DNA from: Tetramitus jugosus | Taxonomy: Eukaryota; Protista; Heterolobosea | Length of the DNA stretch: 64,000 nt | NCBI GenBank assembly: GCA_937625935.1 | Contig: OW569367.1 | Coordinates: forward strand, 372,001 to 436,000 | Direction of reading: 5' to 3' | Shown here: one piece after another, positions 22,501-34,492 of the stretch | How positions within the stretch are numbered: position 1 is the stretch's first letter | Layout: every line of letters starts with the position of its first letter | Program-made: the position numbers and the translations under genes | Notes under the pieces: model-generated | What the model was told of the DNA's origin: nothing | Database searches by the model: none | Seen by the model: the letters and a program-made list of their open reading frames with translations, nothing else

Positions 22501-22879
22501 TCTTGTCCATCAACATGGTTTTTAATCGTCTCTGGAGTGAACGATTTTTTTGTTGAGAATTTTCAATACGGTTCAACCGTTGATCAAGCACCGTTTGGTA
22601 CTGCTTGTTTAGTTCGAGAGCTTTTTTGAGTCGTTCAATGGATTGAATGGTGTTGTTGTGTAATTGTTCTTCAACTGTTCGAAAATCCAATAGCTGTGCC
22701 AACATGGAATTGTTGTTGTTATCATTTTGTGTGGTTGTTGTTGTTGATGATGATAGTGATGATGATAGTGATGATATGATTGTTGTATTATTGTTATTGT
22801 TGGTTGTATTGTCTATATCATGATTATTGTCATTGTAGGTATGAAAGCTTTGGTCATGTGAATTCTGATGATCAGACAT
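19574..22879 (-). CDS. SNAPC4: snRNA-activating complex subunit SNAP190/SNAPC4 (multi-Myb)
   Basis: 4-5 Myb repeats (KWTRDED, KWSAEED, GRWTMEED, GPWTTEED; PGRTDVQCRERW, RTDNQCWRRW), N-terminal coiled coil and YFFQD..PPPNSD; AT-hook KKRGRPRKYP. Confidence 0.8.
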   Translation of the reverse strand: MSDHQNSHDQSFHTYNDNNHDIDNTTNNNNNTTIISSLSSSLSSSTTTTTQNDNNNNSMLAQLLDFRTVEEQLHNNTIQSIERLKKALELNKQYQTVLDQRLNRIENSQQKNRSLQRRLKTMLMDKKSAENDLIDSTSGKVRVAKPVNSKKYMNIMQKRPAIRYFFQDRQGVYPPPNSDTLQKKVHQEKMPLVYKNKKWSPIDVKNLKSGVRQQLQQKMMAKVMTRFQNDTSADAVARLHTESQKIEKMTDQQLEMAEYKQDPDAASNLQRIYKEIEENGANREDLLNIDWTNLCSEFLPNRTPEEAKKYWLSTCSCKVKADKWTRDEDRLILALAQQYKGHNWIEIAQNLHEKKLQNPNFVDDGTYRTPLHCFRRYQRSLNVNMMKSKWSAEEDEALKFAVEQYGEKNWQQVANCLEGRAGQQCLHRWMKTLSPFIKRGRWTMEEDKRLIMGVHAYGKSWITIHEHIPGRTDVQCRERWCNILNPEVNAGPWTTEEDDRLRRAIAEYGLGKWSKISELCRPRTDNQCWRRWKVLNSEKEVREYKKTLMKRQNGLVRNFVGREKERSLLTEDDFEIDEGPEKVDSMTVMDDEMNDELEREQMEQDDQQQQPDQITADQNDKGKKKRGPKKGSTRGPIRRTKGHTYRLPVHPYVRSIISYPALKSLLPLLKLELFRQKQFHELTKSKKMLVGVQPSTFVNKAISLLQLSHNKGKQIAFDKDTKFAFVDPIIVTPDLVELPCMNVSRVTISALAALHDNIFEDTGDASASTQQQPGPTITAENASIPAPATEVQSASSSSSSTTSQNTSETTTTDANSEASASSSNAALEVRTEASSAMNDIQRRIKPRFGVDQLQHLDPEILETSQFKTLTSVFNSLFQHSLYRVMYTASSMQKPQRLVVPELTAHLQHLVPKKDKPQGATLARQHVGLYHIYKNHSEPFEILFDPQKKAAVVESQPPPPAPNGPKKRGRPRKYPLPPPTATESESDAATSASQSAMDSTQLPEDERIDEPPKKRRRRATTDVSRADSQSTESTSTESAPEVDGSSHSMATETTSTLDASQSTSTESSPTQQRSERTATSNTRANKSSESVQSTSDQMEIDD

Positions 22880-23068
22880 GATAAAAGTGGTTTTGTATTG
22901 TTGTTGTTGTTCAAGTTTTTTGTGTGCTAAATCTGGCGGCAGATAGTTTTTGAGGCGCGGCTCTGATAAATCGGACAAAAAATGTGAAACTTCACATGAT
23001 TGAATGAAGTTTTTTTGTTCCAGCGCCCAATCGAAAAAAACTCCCTCAAACAACAAAAAAGAACCCAC

Positions 23069-24007
23069 ATGTCAAGAACAACAACAATATCACAACAACA
23101 ACATTTACCACCCATCAATGAACAAAGAAGACAACACCTCCTAAACACCTTCTTCTCCATTCCCACCAAAGTCATCATCCATGATGAATCCGACAATGAT
23201 GAAAATGACGTCGAAAACAACCATCATCATCATCACAACAACAACAACAACAGCAACAATCAAGCAAACGAACAACAAAACAATAACCATGCAGCTTTCA
23301 ACGAACAATTCGACAAGAATAATCGACCCACAAAAAAAACACGTCGAAAACGTAAACGAAACAATACGAATACTAATAACAATAACAGTACTAATAACAA
23401 TAATAATAATAATAATAATAGCTATCATAATGGTCATTCCAAACGAGTGAAACCACTGTTTACAAGTGAGCGTGAACATCAGAAACCAATCTGTAAATTT
23501 TTTCTAGAGGGAAAGTGCTCCAAGGGCAAAGAATGCATGTTTCGGCACGAAGGAACACCTAAACCCAAGAATGATTTTTGTAAATTTTTTTTAATTGATG
23601 CGTGTACAAAGGGCGATGAGAATTGTCCCTTTTCGCACGAGTTGTCAGAATTTCCGTGCAAGCACTTTTTTATTCGTGGGGCTTGTAGTCGAAAACCGTG
23701 TCAGTTCTCTCATGACAAGGACAGTATACTACCGGAGAGGTTTGAGCGAATGATGGAGCTCGAAAAGGAGAGAGACGATAAGATCAAGTTGGTTGCTGCA
23801 GCAGAGGTTGAACAATTAAAGTTGCAAGAAGCTCAAGTGCGGCAAATGGAGGAGGAACAAGAAGAAAGCAAGGTGAATGGTGAGGGAGGTGGTAGTGGCG
23901 GCAATGTGGTGGTGAGTCGGCAGGAGACTGAGGCTGAAAGGTTGAAGGAAGCAGTGCTACGGACGAATACTGAGGTTTCATTTGGAAGTGTGTTTGGTGC
24001 GATGTGA
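23069..24007 (+). CDS. Triple CCCH zinc-finger protein (ZC3H4/6/8-like)
   Basis: CKFFLEGKCSKGKECMFRH, CKFFLIDACTKGDENCPFSH, CKHFFIRGACSRKPCQFSH; Asn-rich N-terminus. Confidence 0.85.
   Translation: MSRTTTISQQQHLPPINEQRRQHLLNTFFSIPTKVIIHDESDNDENDVENNHHHHHNNNNNSNNQANEQQNNNHAAFNEQFDKNNRPTKKTRRKRKRNNTNTNNNNSTNNNNNNNNNSYHNGHSKRVKPLFTSEREHQKPICKFFLEGKCSKGKECMFRHEGTPKPKNDFCKFFLIDACTKGDENCPFSHELSEFPCKHFFIRGACSRKPCQFSHDKDSILPERFERMMELEKERDDKIKLVAAAEVEQLKLQEAQVRQMEEEQEESKVNGEGGGSGGNVVVSRQETEAERLKEAVLRTNTEVSFGSVFGAM
23221..23420 (+). repeat. Coding trinucleotide microsatellites (CAT/AAC/AAT) encoding poly-His/Asn
   Basis: Visible runs such as (aat)n at about 23400-23419. Confidence 0.8.
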
Positions 24008-24081
24008 GAGTGTACAAACTACTAAGAGTAATAAGATGGGATATTAACAATTTTGTTTTACCACATTTTGATCATTTTGAG

Positions 24082-27000
24082 TTAGTTCTTGCGCTTGCTT
24101 TGTTTGCGAACTCTTGGAGCTTTGGCAGGGGAGGGATCATCCTCTGATTCCTCTTCCTCTGGTTCACTCTCCTCGTCGTCAGAACTTTCGTTTTGTTCAT
24201 CGTCGTCCTCAGCTTCAGAACTTGTCTCCAAGTCAATGTCTCTGTCATTGTCAGAGTCACCAGACACCCAACCCTCTTCTTCCTCGTCGTCTTGCTTATG
24301 TGTGCGCTTCTTCTTTGTTCCTCGTTTCTTTGTCGTGGTTTTCTTCCTGGTTGCTGGCGATGTTTTACGAGAGGTCGCAGGACTTGTTCTCTTGTTGGCA
24401 GCCTTCTTTGGTGGCGTTCTTCTCGATTGAACATCAATAACCTTGTGTGTATGATCACTGAGGGACCTTGCACACAACTGATAAATGTTCTTCAAGTTCT
24501 TGTCGAACACGGATGATGAACTAAGGCTCGTCGTGGCCAACACAATTTTCCTGAATGGTTCGATTGTTGCCTTGGTGACAGAGCTGGGAGTGCAGACTCG
24601 ATTGAATGAGTTATCAGTTTCGTTCTGAATGAAATCATCCAACTTCTTGTTTGATATGGAATGAGCCTCCTGCAAATAGTTTTTAGTTTGTACGAGCAGA
24701 TAGATTCCCACAGCGTTGATTGCACTGTCTCGGAGTGACAAGTTGGTCACAGATGACAGAGGATCGATATCGTCGTCCGACATGTCAGAATCTTCATCAC
24801 TATTCTCGGTTAGCTTCGATTTGAGTGAGCCAACTTTCTCGTCTCCCTTTTCGTCAACATAGGTACAAATGTCTGATATCACCTTGGCAACTTCGAATAA
24901 TTTTTCGTACGGCAACAGTGCAACGATTTCCATCACATATCTCAATGCTTGCAATCTATCCTTGTTCGACTTGTTATCAAATACTTTAAACGCTTCTCGG
25001 AGAAGTGAATGAAGGAATGACTGTCGTTCCTTCTTTGTAAACTTGTGAGCAATCTTGTAAAAGTCAGAGTAGAAACCAACACCAACTTCTCTCACTCCAG
25101 ATACATCTGGGCTTTGACCTAGTCTTCTCAACGCAGAGTATGAGTTAATAATTCCCTTTGCAGAATTGGACACCAATAGAGCGTGATGTTTGTTTTCATA
25201 GAGCACATTCAGGGCGTGCGCCTTTTCTCGAATGATTTGAAGTGGATCAGCCTCCAGGGTAACAACTGCTGGAATGATCAACTCAGGTATGTACAATCCT
25301 TGACGTGCAACATGTTCAATTGCTTTCAAGGCAGCCAATCGAACTTCGTCCTTCATACTGCCCACCAAGCGTAAAATATCCTTGATGTAGCCACTCATGA
25401 AGCTTGTGGTAATACCAGAGTCACAGTTTTGACCGGTTGTACCTTGTGTTTCCATCTTCAATTGTTCATTGTACAAGAATTCGGTAATTCCGTTCAGAGC
25501 AAGTAGATTTGTTCTCTCGCTTGCTGTTTCACTGAGAGCTCTTCGAATAACTTCATTAAGCTTCTTGTCACGAGACAATGTTGGTTTTCGTACAATAATG
25601 TTGAATAAACTTCTTGTTAGATGAGCCTCTAGTGATGTTCTCTCGCTAGACAGTCTCAACAACAACTTAAGTGTATCGTCCAAACAGTTGGCTCCGGGCA
25701 TGTACTTGTCGAAGTCATAGTGTTTAACCAAGAATCCCAGAATAACTACCAGTCTATCAGCATTGGCGTTGACCTGCTTAGGTGTGGTAGATAAGAGTTG
25801 CTGAATACCCTTCAAATTCTTCAATACAAATGTCGAGTTGTTCACCTTTTCACACAGGACAGCTAGGCATTTAACACAGCTCTCGATGGCATCGGCAACC
25901 ATGTTTGGTGCCGTAAATATCAAGAAATGGAGTTTTCTCAATAGTGTATTGACATGTGTCTTCTCAGAGTCCAATTTGGTCAAATGCTGTACCTCTGGAA
26001 TAATCAAACCAAGTATAGAAGAAACGTGAAAAATTAAGTTCGGCTTTGGTGTTTCGCCTGACACGTACTGCTCATCTAAAAAGTTACATAGAGGTTTAAA
26101 GGTTGTTGCACCAAATTTTGGATCGGCGAAACAGATCAAGTGAAGTAACTGGAAACATGACGTGATGTTGTTTCGGCCAATGTCAGTGACTGAATCATTG
26201 GTCATGCTGATCACATGATTCAATAAGCTCTCAAAGATGGCCTTCACAGATGACTCCATCGTACTCAGATTACTAGTTCTGATCATTTGCACCAGCCAGT
26301 GATCATTAAACAGCTGTGGATCACATTTTTGTCTAGCAACAACATCTACTATTTGTAAGGCTGTTGATTGCATGTTAGTCTGGCTGGAAGCAAACCAAAT
26401 CTTTTCGAATGACTTCAGTACAATCTTCTTCACAGTATCCTCTTCATTGTTATCTGTATTTAGCCTAGCAGAAAAAGCTCTGCAAATCTCAACAACATAA
26501 CTCTCTGGTAGTTTAGTGTTCTGGCACACATCCCCCAAAATTTGAATAGCACGTTTTCTGACACTCAATCCAGCATCACGCACTCTATCTATCACTAACT
26601 TAATGAAGAACTCATCAGGCACAACATCAGGTGTCAAGATGGTCTTACCAATGAGCTTGATCACAACCTCACGAACACGCTTCGCATGATCAGCTGACCG
26701 ACTACGAATACAATTTTTGACAGTTTCCATGGAAAGCAAAGTAGAGTCCACTTCAATAACTTTCAACAAATTTTCAATCGCTCTCGCTCTGATGTTTACC
26801 TTGTCATCCTGGATGGTTTGCATAATCTCCTTGAACAAATAATCAAAACGGTTAACAATACTTGCTTCTCGTTGACACAGCGTATGTTCATAGTCTGATA
26901 CAGCTGAGTCGAGCATGATTCGGCAGTTGGAGAACTCCAAGGGATCCTTCTTCCATAACTCAGCATAGAACGTCTTCTTGTCGTCCTTTGAATTATCCCA

Positions 27001-29434
27001 CAACCATTGACATAAGCTGAACTGCCGAGCATAAAACATGCTTTGTTGCTTCTTGACCAAAGTAGACAAGTATACGAACAGGTTGATCTTCTTCAACTGT
27101 GGTTCGTCAATTGCGTATCTCTGCTTGATATCAGCTACCAACTTGTCCAATGCATGATTTTGAACTTGCCTTCGTTTAGGACGAGGGGACATGTCTTGCC
27201 TGTTGTAGATTTGTTCTTCTTCCTCCGAGTCTGGCTCGTTGTTTCCATTCAAAATTTGATTCTTCTTCATCTCATGTTGCTTGGACACCAAAGCTACTCT
27301 ACCAAGAACATCGACACACAACAATCTGACTTTCTCAGATTTCTTAGGCTTGTTCAAATATTCTTCACATAAGTGTCTTGTAAGTGCTTGGAGAACCAAG
27401 TCAGCAGCTGGCCAAGAGGGAAGTTCTACGGCAGTTATCAAATCATCCACAAAATGATCAATGATGAGCCTAGTGTTACCATCGACTTCATTTTTCAAAT
27501 CTGTTGTCTCTGATGGCAAGCATCTAGAAGCGAAAAACTCAACGAAAATCTTGGCACAAGACATTGATTGGTCATAAAGATCCTTCATCACAACTTCATC
27601 AATCTTATCAGCAGTAAATTCATCGTTTTCTTCGCTTGTGACTTTATCAGCTTCTGTTTCCGAATTCTTTTCCGATTTGGTTACCTCTTTTTCTTCTGCA
27701 TCAAAGTCAAGGATACGATTTGTTTCCTTTACGCGGTCATGATACATCGAAGCACTGGCTCCACAACTTTGAATCAATTGAAGCATGAGAGATGTAAAAA
27801 CTTGAATAGAGCTATGGTTTTCCAATTTGTATGCTTTGACTGCTCGCTTCTCATGAGGAAGTTTGACGATACTGCAAATAATGTAATGGAACATGCTCTT
27901 TCTATGTTCGTGATAACCAGAAAAGATGCATGTCGCTACATTTAAGGCAGATAATTGGATCGATTGGATACCTTCGACAAAGAATGTGGAGAGGGCCAAA
28001 TCAGACAGTGGGATAACTACTTCGTCCTTTAGCTTCATCTTTCTCATGAGAGTCACAAATAAGTTGAACGATTCTCCAATCTGAGTAATGGTGGTAGATG
28101 GTATCACTAACACTGATTTTGTCGACGTACTCTTCAACGTCTTCCTACGTTTCTTTGGTTTGGATTTATCGGAAGGGGAGCTTGCTTCTGCGGCTTCAGC
28201 TTCCTCTTGAATAGCAACTGCACTCAAAGATGGATACAAGTAATGATTGACAATACTCTTCAATATACTGATGATCGCGTCAGGTGCCTCTTCTGCCAAA
28301 GTCTTCGCTAGCTTGGGTGCAGAAATAATCTTCAATAATAGAATACAGCATGATAGTCCTCCATTCATGCGAAACACCATTGAATTGATCTGTTCCAAAT
28401 CTTTTTCACATCTCTGAATGTCCATGTCACTATTCGACACTTCTGTGCTGAGAAGCTGCACTAATTTACACAACGTGTCTTGATTGCACTTGGACAAATA
28501 GTGTCGTTTGAGTGCTAACCCAATTTCTTTCTCCAGTTTTTGCATGAGTGAATGTGGCAAGGCTTCCTCATCTGTTGTTTTGCTGTTCTCCCATGCAAAC
28601 ACTTCATCCAACGCACCTTCCAAACTCTCAATCTCTTCACTCGAAACAGTCAACACTTTTGCAATGGCTTGAGCATTGATTTCAATGTCTGCATTGCCAT
28701 CATCTTTTCCTCGTCTTCGATTTCTTCGCAAGTTGAACTCATCATAAAAATGATTGTCCTCTGAAATGTCTTGTATGTTGGATTGTTCCTGTAATGTTTG
28801 CTTCTTGTTGTTGCTATTGGTGGTGGTGGAAGCTCTGGTTTTTCTGAGTGACTTGATTTGTTCAGTGGTGATCATTGGTTCATTCTCACTTGTTCCAATG
28901 AGTGACTGCTGTGTTCCTCTTTGTGAATCATGATCCAAAAATGCACTCAACAGCTTTGATGTCGACACATTAGATAAATCTCTCTTTTCAATACGTGCAG
29001 CAGTCGAATTTCTTTTTATCATATGATGAATTCAAACACAAACAAGTCAGTCTAATCCAGCTTTGACGCACATTGAATGATCATTAGAAAAAAAACAAAA
29101 ACGTTACGACATACAATTGATAGGACTTTAGAGACAGTCCACTCTCAAACACTTCGTACATGGAGGCAACAAGATTTCGATCACTCAAATTCATCAATGT
29201 TTTGACAGAGTCATTGTTTTTGATGAGATTGTAGTAGGGGCCTGATTTGAGTTGTGGATATGGTATTTGAGAGGAGAGTCTGGAGCCCAATGTGAATAGA
29301 TTGGGTGTCATATGATACATGGGCAATAGCTCTTCAGACATGATGGTCGTTGTTGTTGAAGGAACTTGTTCAGTGGTGAGTGTTGTTGGTTGTTGTGCAC
29401 TTGTTGTTGTGGTTTCCATATCGTCGTCTTCCAT
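24082..29434 (-). CDS. NIPBL: Cohesin loader Scc2/NIPBL (2 exons; intron ~29012-29114)
   Basis: HEAT repeats; LPSWPAADLVL, IRARAIENL..VIEVD, RVRDAGLSVRKRAI, ARQGL..P..IPAVVTLEADP. A GTATGT donor at 29114 and AG at 29012 join the 29434 ORF in frame. Confidence 0.9.
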
Positions 29435-29609
29435 TTTTTGTTTATTGTTGTTGTATTGGTACGGCTTGTTGTTGAGTTTGTGTGACGATGTTTGTGTTTT
29501 TTTTTGATAGTTCGAGCGAAATTTGGAACAAAAAGAGCGCGAAACTTTCTAGATAGAAAGCGGAAAAATAAAACGGTTTAATATGTCACTTCCCTGTTTG
29601 GACAGGTTA

Positions 29610-30587
29610 TTACTGTAAGCAAAATGATGATTCATCATCATCATCTTCTTCATCTTGATCCTCCTCACTATCCTCTGGTAAGAAGTAATCCAGTGGTAGA
29701 TCTTGATCCAAAATGTTATCTGGTAGAGAAGACAAGGATGAACTTAAGCTCTCGTCTTCTGACCAATCAAGCATCTCTGTTGGATCAAGCTCCAAGCTGA
29801 CATCGTTGTTGTAGTTGGTTCTCTTTTGAGGTGATTGATCAGCTGCGTTCGGTGCAGCCAATTCTTGCACCTTTCTCTTTGCACCACAGATTTTTCTCTG
29901 TTGTCTCCTGATTTCTCTCTTCTTCTTCATGTAGTCGAGACGGTACTTTCTTTGAATTTGGACTTGCTCTTGAAGATCTCCCTCATCCTGAGTGTAATTG
30001 ACAAAGCTCTTGCAGGTTTGATACTGAAGGAGAATCATCATTAAATATTGTGTTGGATTCTCTTCTGGATTAATGTGTGTCGTATCACCCAATTTAAAAC
30101 CAGGCATGTTGACAAATTCTTCGTGTAGAGGCTTGATTGATTCAACAGGTGGAAGAGTCTTCTCCAGCTCTTGTGTGATAATTTCCTGTTCCTTTTTCTT
30201 GACTTCTGCCTCCACGTCTGGGTCCAACCTAGATCTTCTTGACTTCCTTTGAGGTGTGTTCATCGTTGCCACCAGACTATTTGGTGTGTGTTCTTGTAAC
30301 TGCTGTGTTGGAGACGGTGATGGAGTTGGCGTTGCAGGGAGTAAAGAGGCTGAGCTCGACCTTAACGGCGAAGGTGCACTGGTAGGGATGTAGAGGTGCT
30401 GAATATGGTTGATAGAAACCGAACTAATCTGTGTAACTGTTGGTGTCATCAACTGACTGATGGATGAGCCTTGAGAACAACAAACGGTTGCTTGTTGGAC
30501 CTTGTTGTAGCCAGGTTGTAGCTCTTCGATAGAAAAGACTGGTTCTCGTGAAAGAAACTGAGAAGTATAGGTTGGAGTGGATCTCAT
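29610..30587 (-). CDS. Hypothetical Ser/Thr/Pro-rich protein with basic helix and acidic tail
   Basis: 325-aa ORF; QRKYRLDYMKKKREIRRQQRK basic region. Confidence 0.6.
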   Translation of the reverse strand: MRSTPTYTSQFLSREPVFSIEELQPGYNKVQQATVCCSQGSSISQLMTPTVTQISSVSINHIQHLYIPTSAPSPLRSSSASLLPATPTPSPSPTQQLQEHTPNSLVATMNTPQRKSRRSRLDPDVEAEVKKKEQEIITQELEKTLPPVESIKPLHEEFVNMPGFKLGDTTHINPEENPTQYLMMILLQYQTCKSFVNYTQDEGDLQEQVQIQRKYRLDYMKKKREIRRQQRKICGAKRKVQELAAPNAADQSPQKRTNYNNDVSLELDPTEMLDWSEDESLSSSLSSLPDNILDQDLPLDYFLPEDSEEDQDEEDDDDESSFCLQ

Positions 30588-31118
30588 CAGATTTGTTAGT
30601 TCGGTTGTTGTTAGTTGTTTGTTTGGTACTTGTCAGACAATAACACTGCGCAAAACCAGTTTGATGATGTTCTGGTGTAATCCACTTTTTGAAACGAAAT
30701 TTCAGACCTTCCCTGTTGACAATTCTGATCGCTTGCCTTTTTTTGTGGTTTGTCCATTGCTGGTTTCCCTGTATTTGATGGCTTGGCCACAAGTGATCCC
30801 CACGATCACTCAACCGTCTCTTTGCTTTTGGCAATTTTGGGAACATACAAAAACAACCTGCGCAGGTCTTGCCGAAGATTACCGAAAAGGATGATAACAA
30901 TTTGACGTCGTTTGGTGATTGGACTACAATTCCCAGAAGAATCGTGATTCTCTCTGTTTGACCGGGCGAGTATCACCAAACGATGTGTACCGCAGAATCG
31001 GCCTCATCTTCTGTCATGATCTTTCACTATCTCGGAGTGTGGAATCTCATGAGAAACCAGTTACCGCGTGGACAAAATAAAGCAGGTCTGCTGGCGGGCA
31101 ACACTCTTTGTTTTACTA

Positions 31119-32987
31119 CTACAGTTTGAAAACAACACCGAGCACCAATTGAAGAGCACTTCCGACAAAGAGCCCCAGATTCAGATAGAGAGTCATTACG
31201 ATCGCCGATAGCTCTGCCTCTTCTGGCGCAGCCAGAGTAGGTCCAATCATCATGCCCAAACTTGCACAATAACCATGACTAACACCAAATGCAATCACTA
31301 TCAAACACACCCAGATATCACCGTATATCTTGGGTACAACACATAGAATGATCACAATGAAAAAGATGAGTCGCCCAAGTATGACTATCCATAGCTGCTT
31401 ATGATTCAACAAGATTGTTCTCTTCCATCGAGGTAGGAATCTACCAATGCAATCACTCACATTGAAACATGTCAATACCACAATACTGAACCAATTTTCA
31501 CTCTTCATGAGCTCTCCACGTGGCTTAATATCAGTAATGACACCAGGAGCTAACGAGAAAGTGATGAAAAAGGTGACAAAGACACCCCAGCCGACACTCA
31601 ATAGCTTATACAAGATGGAGAAGAATCTCGATCTGACCTCAGTTTGTTTCTTTTGGTGTTCAAACACGGTGGTCATAGCGCTGTCAATGTCCGTGTATGT
31701 GTCTGTCCCTGTTTGATAATTCACTGAGACGTTGCCCACAATTTGTTGGTGAGTGTCCTGATCCACGATAGCACCATATGACTTCATACTCAAATCCTCA
31801 CCTCCATCCGCGGCCAATAGTCCCTGTTGTTGCTGCTGGATATGAATCGATCCGGTATCACTCTGTAGATTATCATCTCCACTATCACTGGCAATGAACT
31901 TTGATGAGCACAGGAGACGATACTTATGTGCACAGTACTCTGTAATCGGCAAACGCACGAGAATAAAGAAGGCAACAATGCACAACAAGTGCCATGCAGC
32001 AGCCAACCCAAAAAACGTAACATTCTCTCCAATGATGCTACGGAACGTCTTCTCAGTAAAATAGTACTTTGTTGCAATGTGCAGAACGGAGGCAATGGCT
32101 CCAGCGAGTGCGAGACCTCCCATGGCCGACTGCGTATAGTCCCAGGGGAAAATGGCTGCAAATGCAAACAACGAAGCCACCAAAATACCGGATCCAATAC
32201 CCGTAATGACATTCATCGTGACAGTGACCCACAATGCGACTGATTTTCCATAACTAGCATCCTTCACATAATGCTCACCAAATTCCAACATGACAATCAA
32301 GTTGACACAACACACGACACACATGCAAACAAAGTTGACAATCTGAAACAAATAAATCCTCTCTCTCACACTCAAAAACAACGATGTCAACACTCCCGAC
32401 CGATTCTTCATTAATTTCTCCGTCTCCGACAGAGTTGCCGGACAAAAGAGAACGACCGCCAAAATACCAATAATCTGACCTGCATTGTACCCAAAAGTGA
32501 CAATGTACTCGAGGTATGAACTATTTTCAGGATAAATCTCTCTAAAGAAATCAATGGCCACTGAGAAGCATATACCACTGAGAATCGTTCCCACACCAAG
32601 AATCAAAAACAAAATATAGGCCAAGTTGTACTGATCCTCTGGAAAATTTTGTGTTTTGCTATTAGTATTATTATTGAGGTTGTCTTTACTGGTTGACTGA
32701 TTCATTTTTTTGTTATTGTCGGAGAAGCGTCCTTCTTCGTAGTTTGGATCATCATCGTCATCCATAAACTCTTCATCGTCGTCATCATCGATGCCAACAT
32801 AATAATTGCGCTGTGATGATGATGATGATGATTGTTGTTGTTGAGAAAGTGTGTTGAGAAGAGCTTGTCGAGCATTTTTGGTTGTTGATAGTCGTGGTGA
32901 TTGTGCTGTTGTGTTTGTTGTAGATGTGATGGTGATTGATGGTGCTGTATTCGTGTCACTAGAACTGCCTGTGCTCGAAGAAGTCAT
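31119..32987 (-). CDS. Equilibrative nucleoside transporter (SLC29)
   Basis: About 11 TM segments; PEDQYNLAYILFLILGVG, YTQSAMGG, FFITFSLAPG, FNVSDCIGR, SHGY, GLFVGS. Confidence 0.9.
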   Translation of the reverse strand: MTSSSTGSSSDTNTAPSITITSTTNTTAQSPRLSTTKNARQALLNTLSQQQQSSSSSSQRNYYVGIDDDDDEEFMDDDDDPNYEEGRFSDNNKKMNQSTSKDNLNNNTNSKTQNFPEDQYNLAYILFLILGVGTILSGICFSVAIDFFREIYPENSSYLEYIVTFGYNAGQIIGILAVVLFCPATLSETEKLMKNRSGVLTSLFLSVRERIYLFQIVNFVCMCVVCCVNLIVMLEFGEHYVKDASYGKSVALWVTVTMNVITGIGSGILVASLFAFAAIFPWDYTQSAMGGLALAGAIASVLHIATKYYFTEKTFRSIIGENVTFFGLAAAWHLLCIVAFFILVRLPITEYCAHKYRLLCSSKFIASDSGDDNLQSDTGSIHIQQQQQGLLAADGGEDLSMKSYGAIVDQDTHQQIVGNVSVNYQTGTDTYTDIDSAMTTVFEHQKKQTEVRSRFFSILYKLLSVGWGVFVTFFITFSLAPGVITDIKPRGELMKSENWFSIVVLTCFNVSDCIGRFLPRWKRTILLNHKQLWIVILGRLIFFIVIILCVVPKIYGDIWVCLIVIAFGVSHGYCASLGMMIGPTLAAPEEAELSAIVMTLYLNLGLFVGSALQLVLGVVFKL

Positions 32988-33185
32988 TTTGCCTGCGCTT
33001 TTGCGTGAAAAATATTTTTTTGTGTTGGCGCGAAATTGTATTTCGGTATAATTCACCGCTTCCTGAGTGCTCAACAAGCAGGAAGTAAAATTGAAATTGA
33101 AATCATGGTATTTTTGTTCTGGAGGTGTTGTTGAACCACAATACCGAGACAATTTTGTTGGTATCTGAAACAAGAGTGATAAATC

Positions 33186-34091
33186 ATGGCTACTTCACTT
33201 TGTACAGAAGAATACAACCGCGACAGTCGATTCCAATCAAAGAGTTCAATAGCAGAAGAACCTTGTTGTGTTTCACATGGGAGGTACATAACGATTATCA
33301 GCGACAATGATAGTATGATCAACATATTCTCCTTCCTTGAGTGTTCTGACTTGTTTCGGTGCTTCCAGGTGAACAAGGAGTGGTATTCTGTGACAATGAT
33401 GCACGACCAACTTGTTTGGAAGATATCATATCATTATATGCTCAAGAATCTTTCCCTAGTAGTTGATTCAGGTGAAAAAGATAGGGCTTGTTCCAATAAG
33501 CTGATATGGTATAATCTTTCTAAATTCAAGTCGCAACTGCAACGCACGCCGATGTATGGATGTACTCCAATTCAATGGAATTGTGACACCACAGTGTATC
33601 CCATGAATTCTTCTTGGTCCAGAGTGCAAAGGGAGGCAATTGAGAGTCTTGTATTCAATATGAGACGGATGGACAATGGATGTGTGTTTTGGAAGAGACA
33701 TTGGACTCGCTTTACGGATGGAAACGTGTTCGTCATGAGTTGTACAGTTAATGTCTTCTCCAGCACGGTCTATGAGCTTGTGATCTTTACAAATGATCGA
33801 ATGGTCCGATTGTGGGTGACAAGAGAATATGAACAGGACGATGATGAATGGCCCACCTATTCCATTTCATTTTCAGAGAACGACTTTGACAATATTCTCT
33901 CTTTGAATCGGAGGAAAATGGTGTGGAAGAAGGATTCGTCTATTGATTTTGACAATGCACAACACTTGGCAACTGTTTTCCAATTTTCAGACAGTAAGCC
34001 TGTGAGGTCTTTGTTGATTTGTCTCTTTGAAATGCTTGGTTTCGACAAGAGCTATGCCAAGGAAGTACTTTCAGATAATCTTATTATTTAG
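33186..34091 (+). CDS. F-box protein (tandem copy 1)
   Basis: SDNDSMINIFSFLECSDLFRCFQVNKEW. Confidence 0.8.
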   Translation: MATSLCTEEYNRDSRFQSKSSIAEEPCCVSHGRYITIISDNDSMINIFSFLECSDLFRCFQVNKEWYSVTMMHDQLVWKISYHYMLKNLSLVVDSGEKDRACSNKLIWYNLSKFKSQLQRTPMYGCTPIQWNCDTTVYPMNSSWSRVQREAIESLVFNMRRMDNGCVFWKRHWTRFTDGNVFVMSCTVNVFSSTVYELVIFTNDRMVRLWVTREYEQDDDEWPTYSISFSENDFDNILSLNRRKMVWKKDSSIDFDNAQHLATVFQFSDSKPVRSLLICLFEMLGFDKSYAKEVLSDNLII

Positions 34092-34492
34092 AAACAATCA
34101 GTGTTACAACTTTTTTCTCTACAAGCGCTGCACAACTGCACACCACCAAGAGATCTGTAACTGCTCCTCACTGGATGCGCTTTGCGGATGAAGGGAATTA
34201 TTATACCAATGTGATTTTTGCTGTTGGTTTTGTGTCATTGTCGGTGTTGTGTTCGACTTCGATCGAATAGAAAACAAGTAGTCTTACCTAGAATGTGTGA
34301 AAAGAGTTTTAGAGCATTGGGGGGTTTAACCAAGGGAATTAGAATACACCGATGGAGCTTTTTCGCTCGACGAGAATTGAAATGGAAATCATGGGACTCA
34401 TTGTATTGTTGTTCTGGTGGTGTTGTTCCAAAAAGCATGGCCACTCTCCACCTAAAACTCTTTCCCTCGATATCATAAAACATAACAAAACA

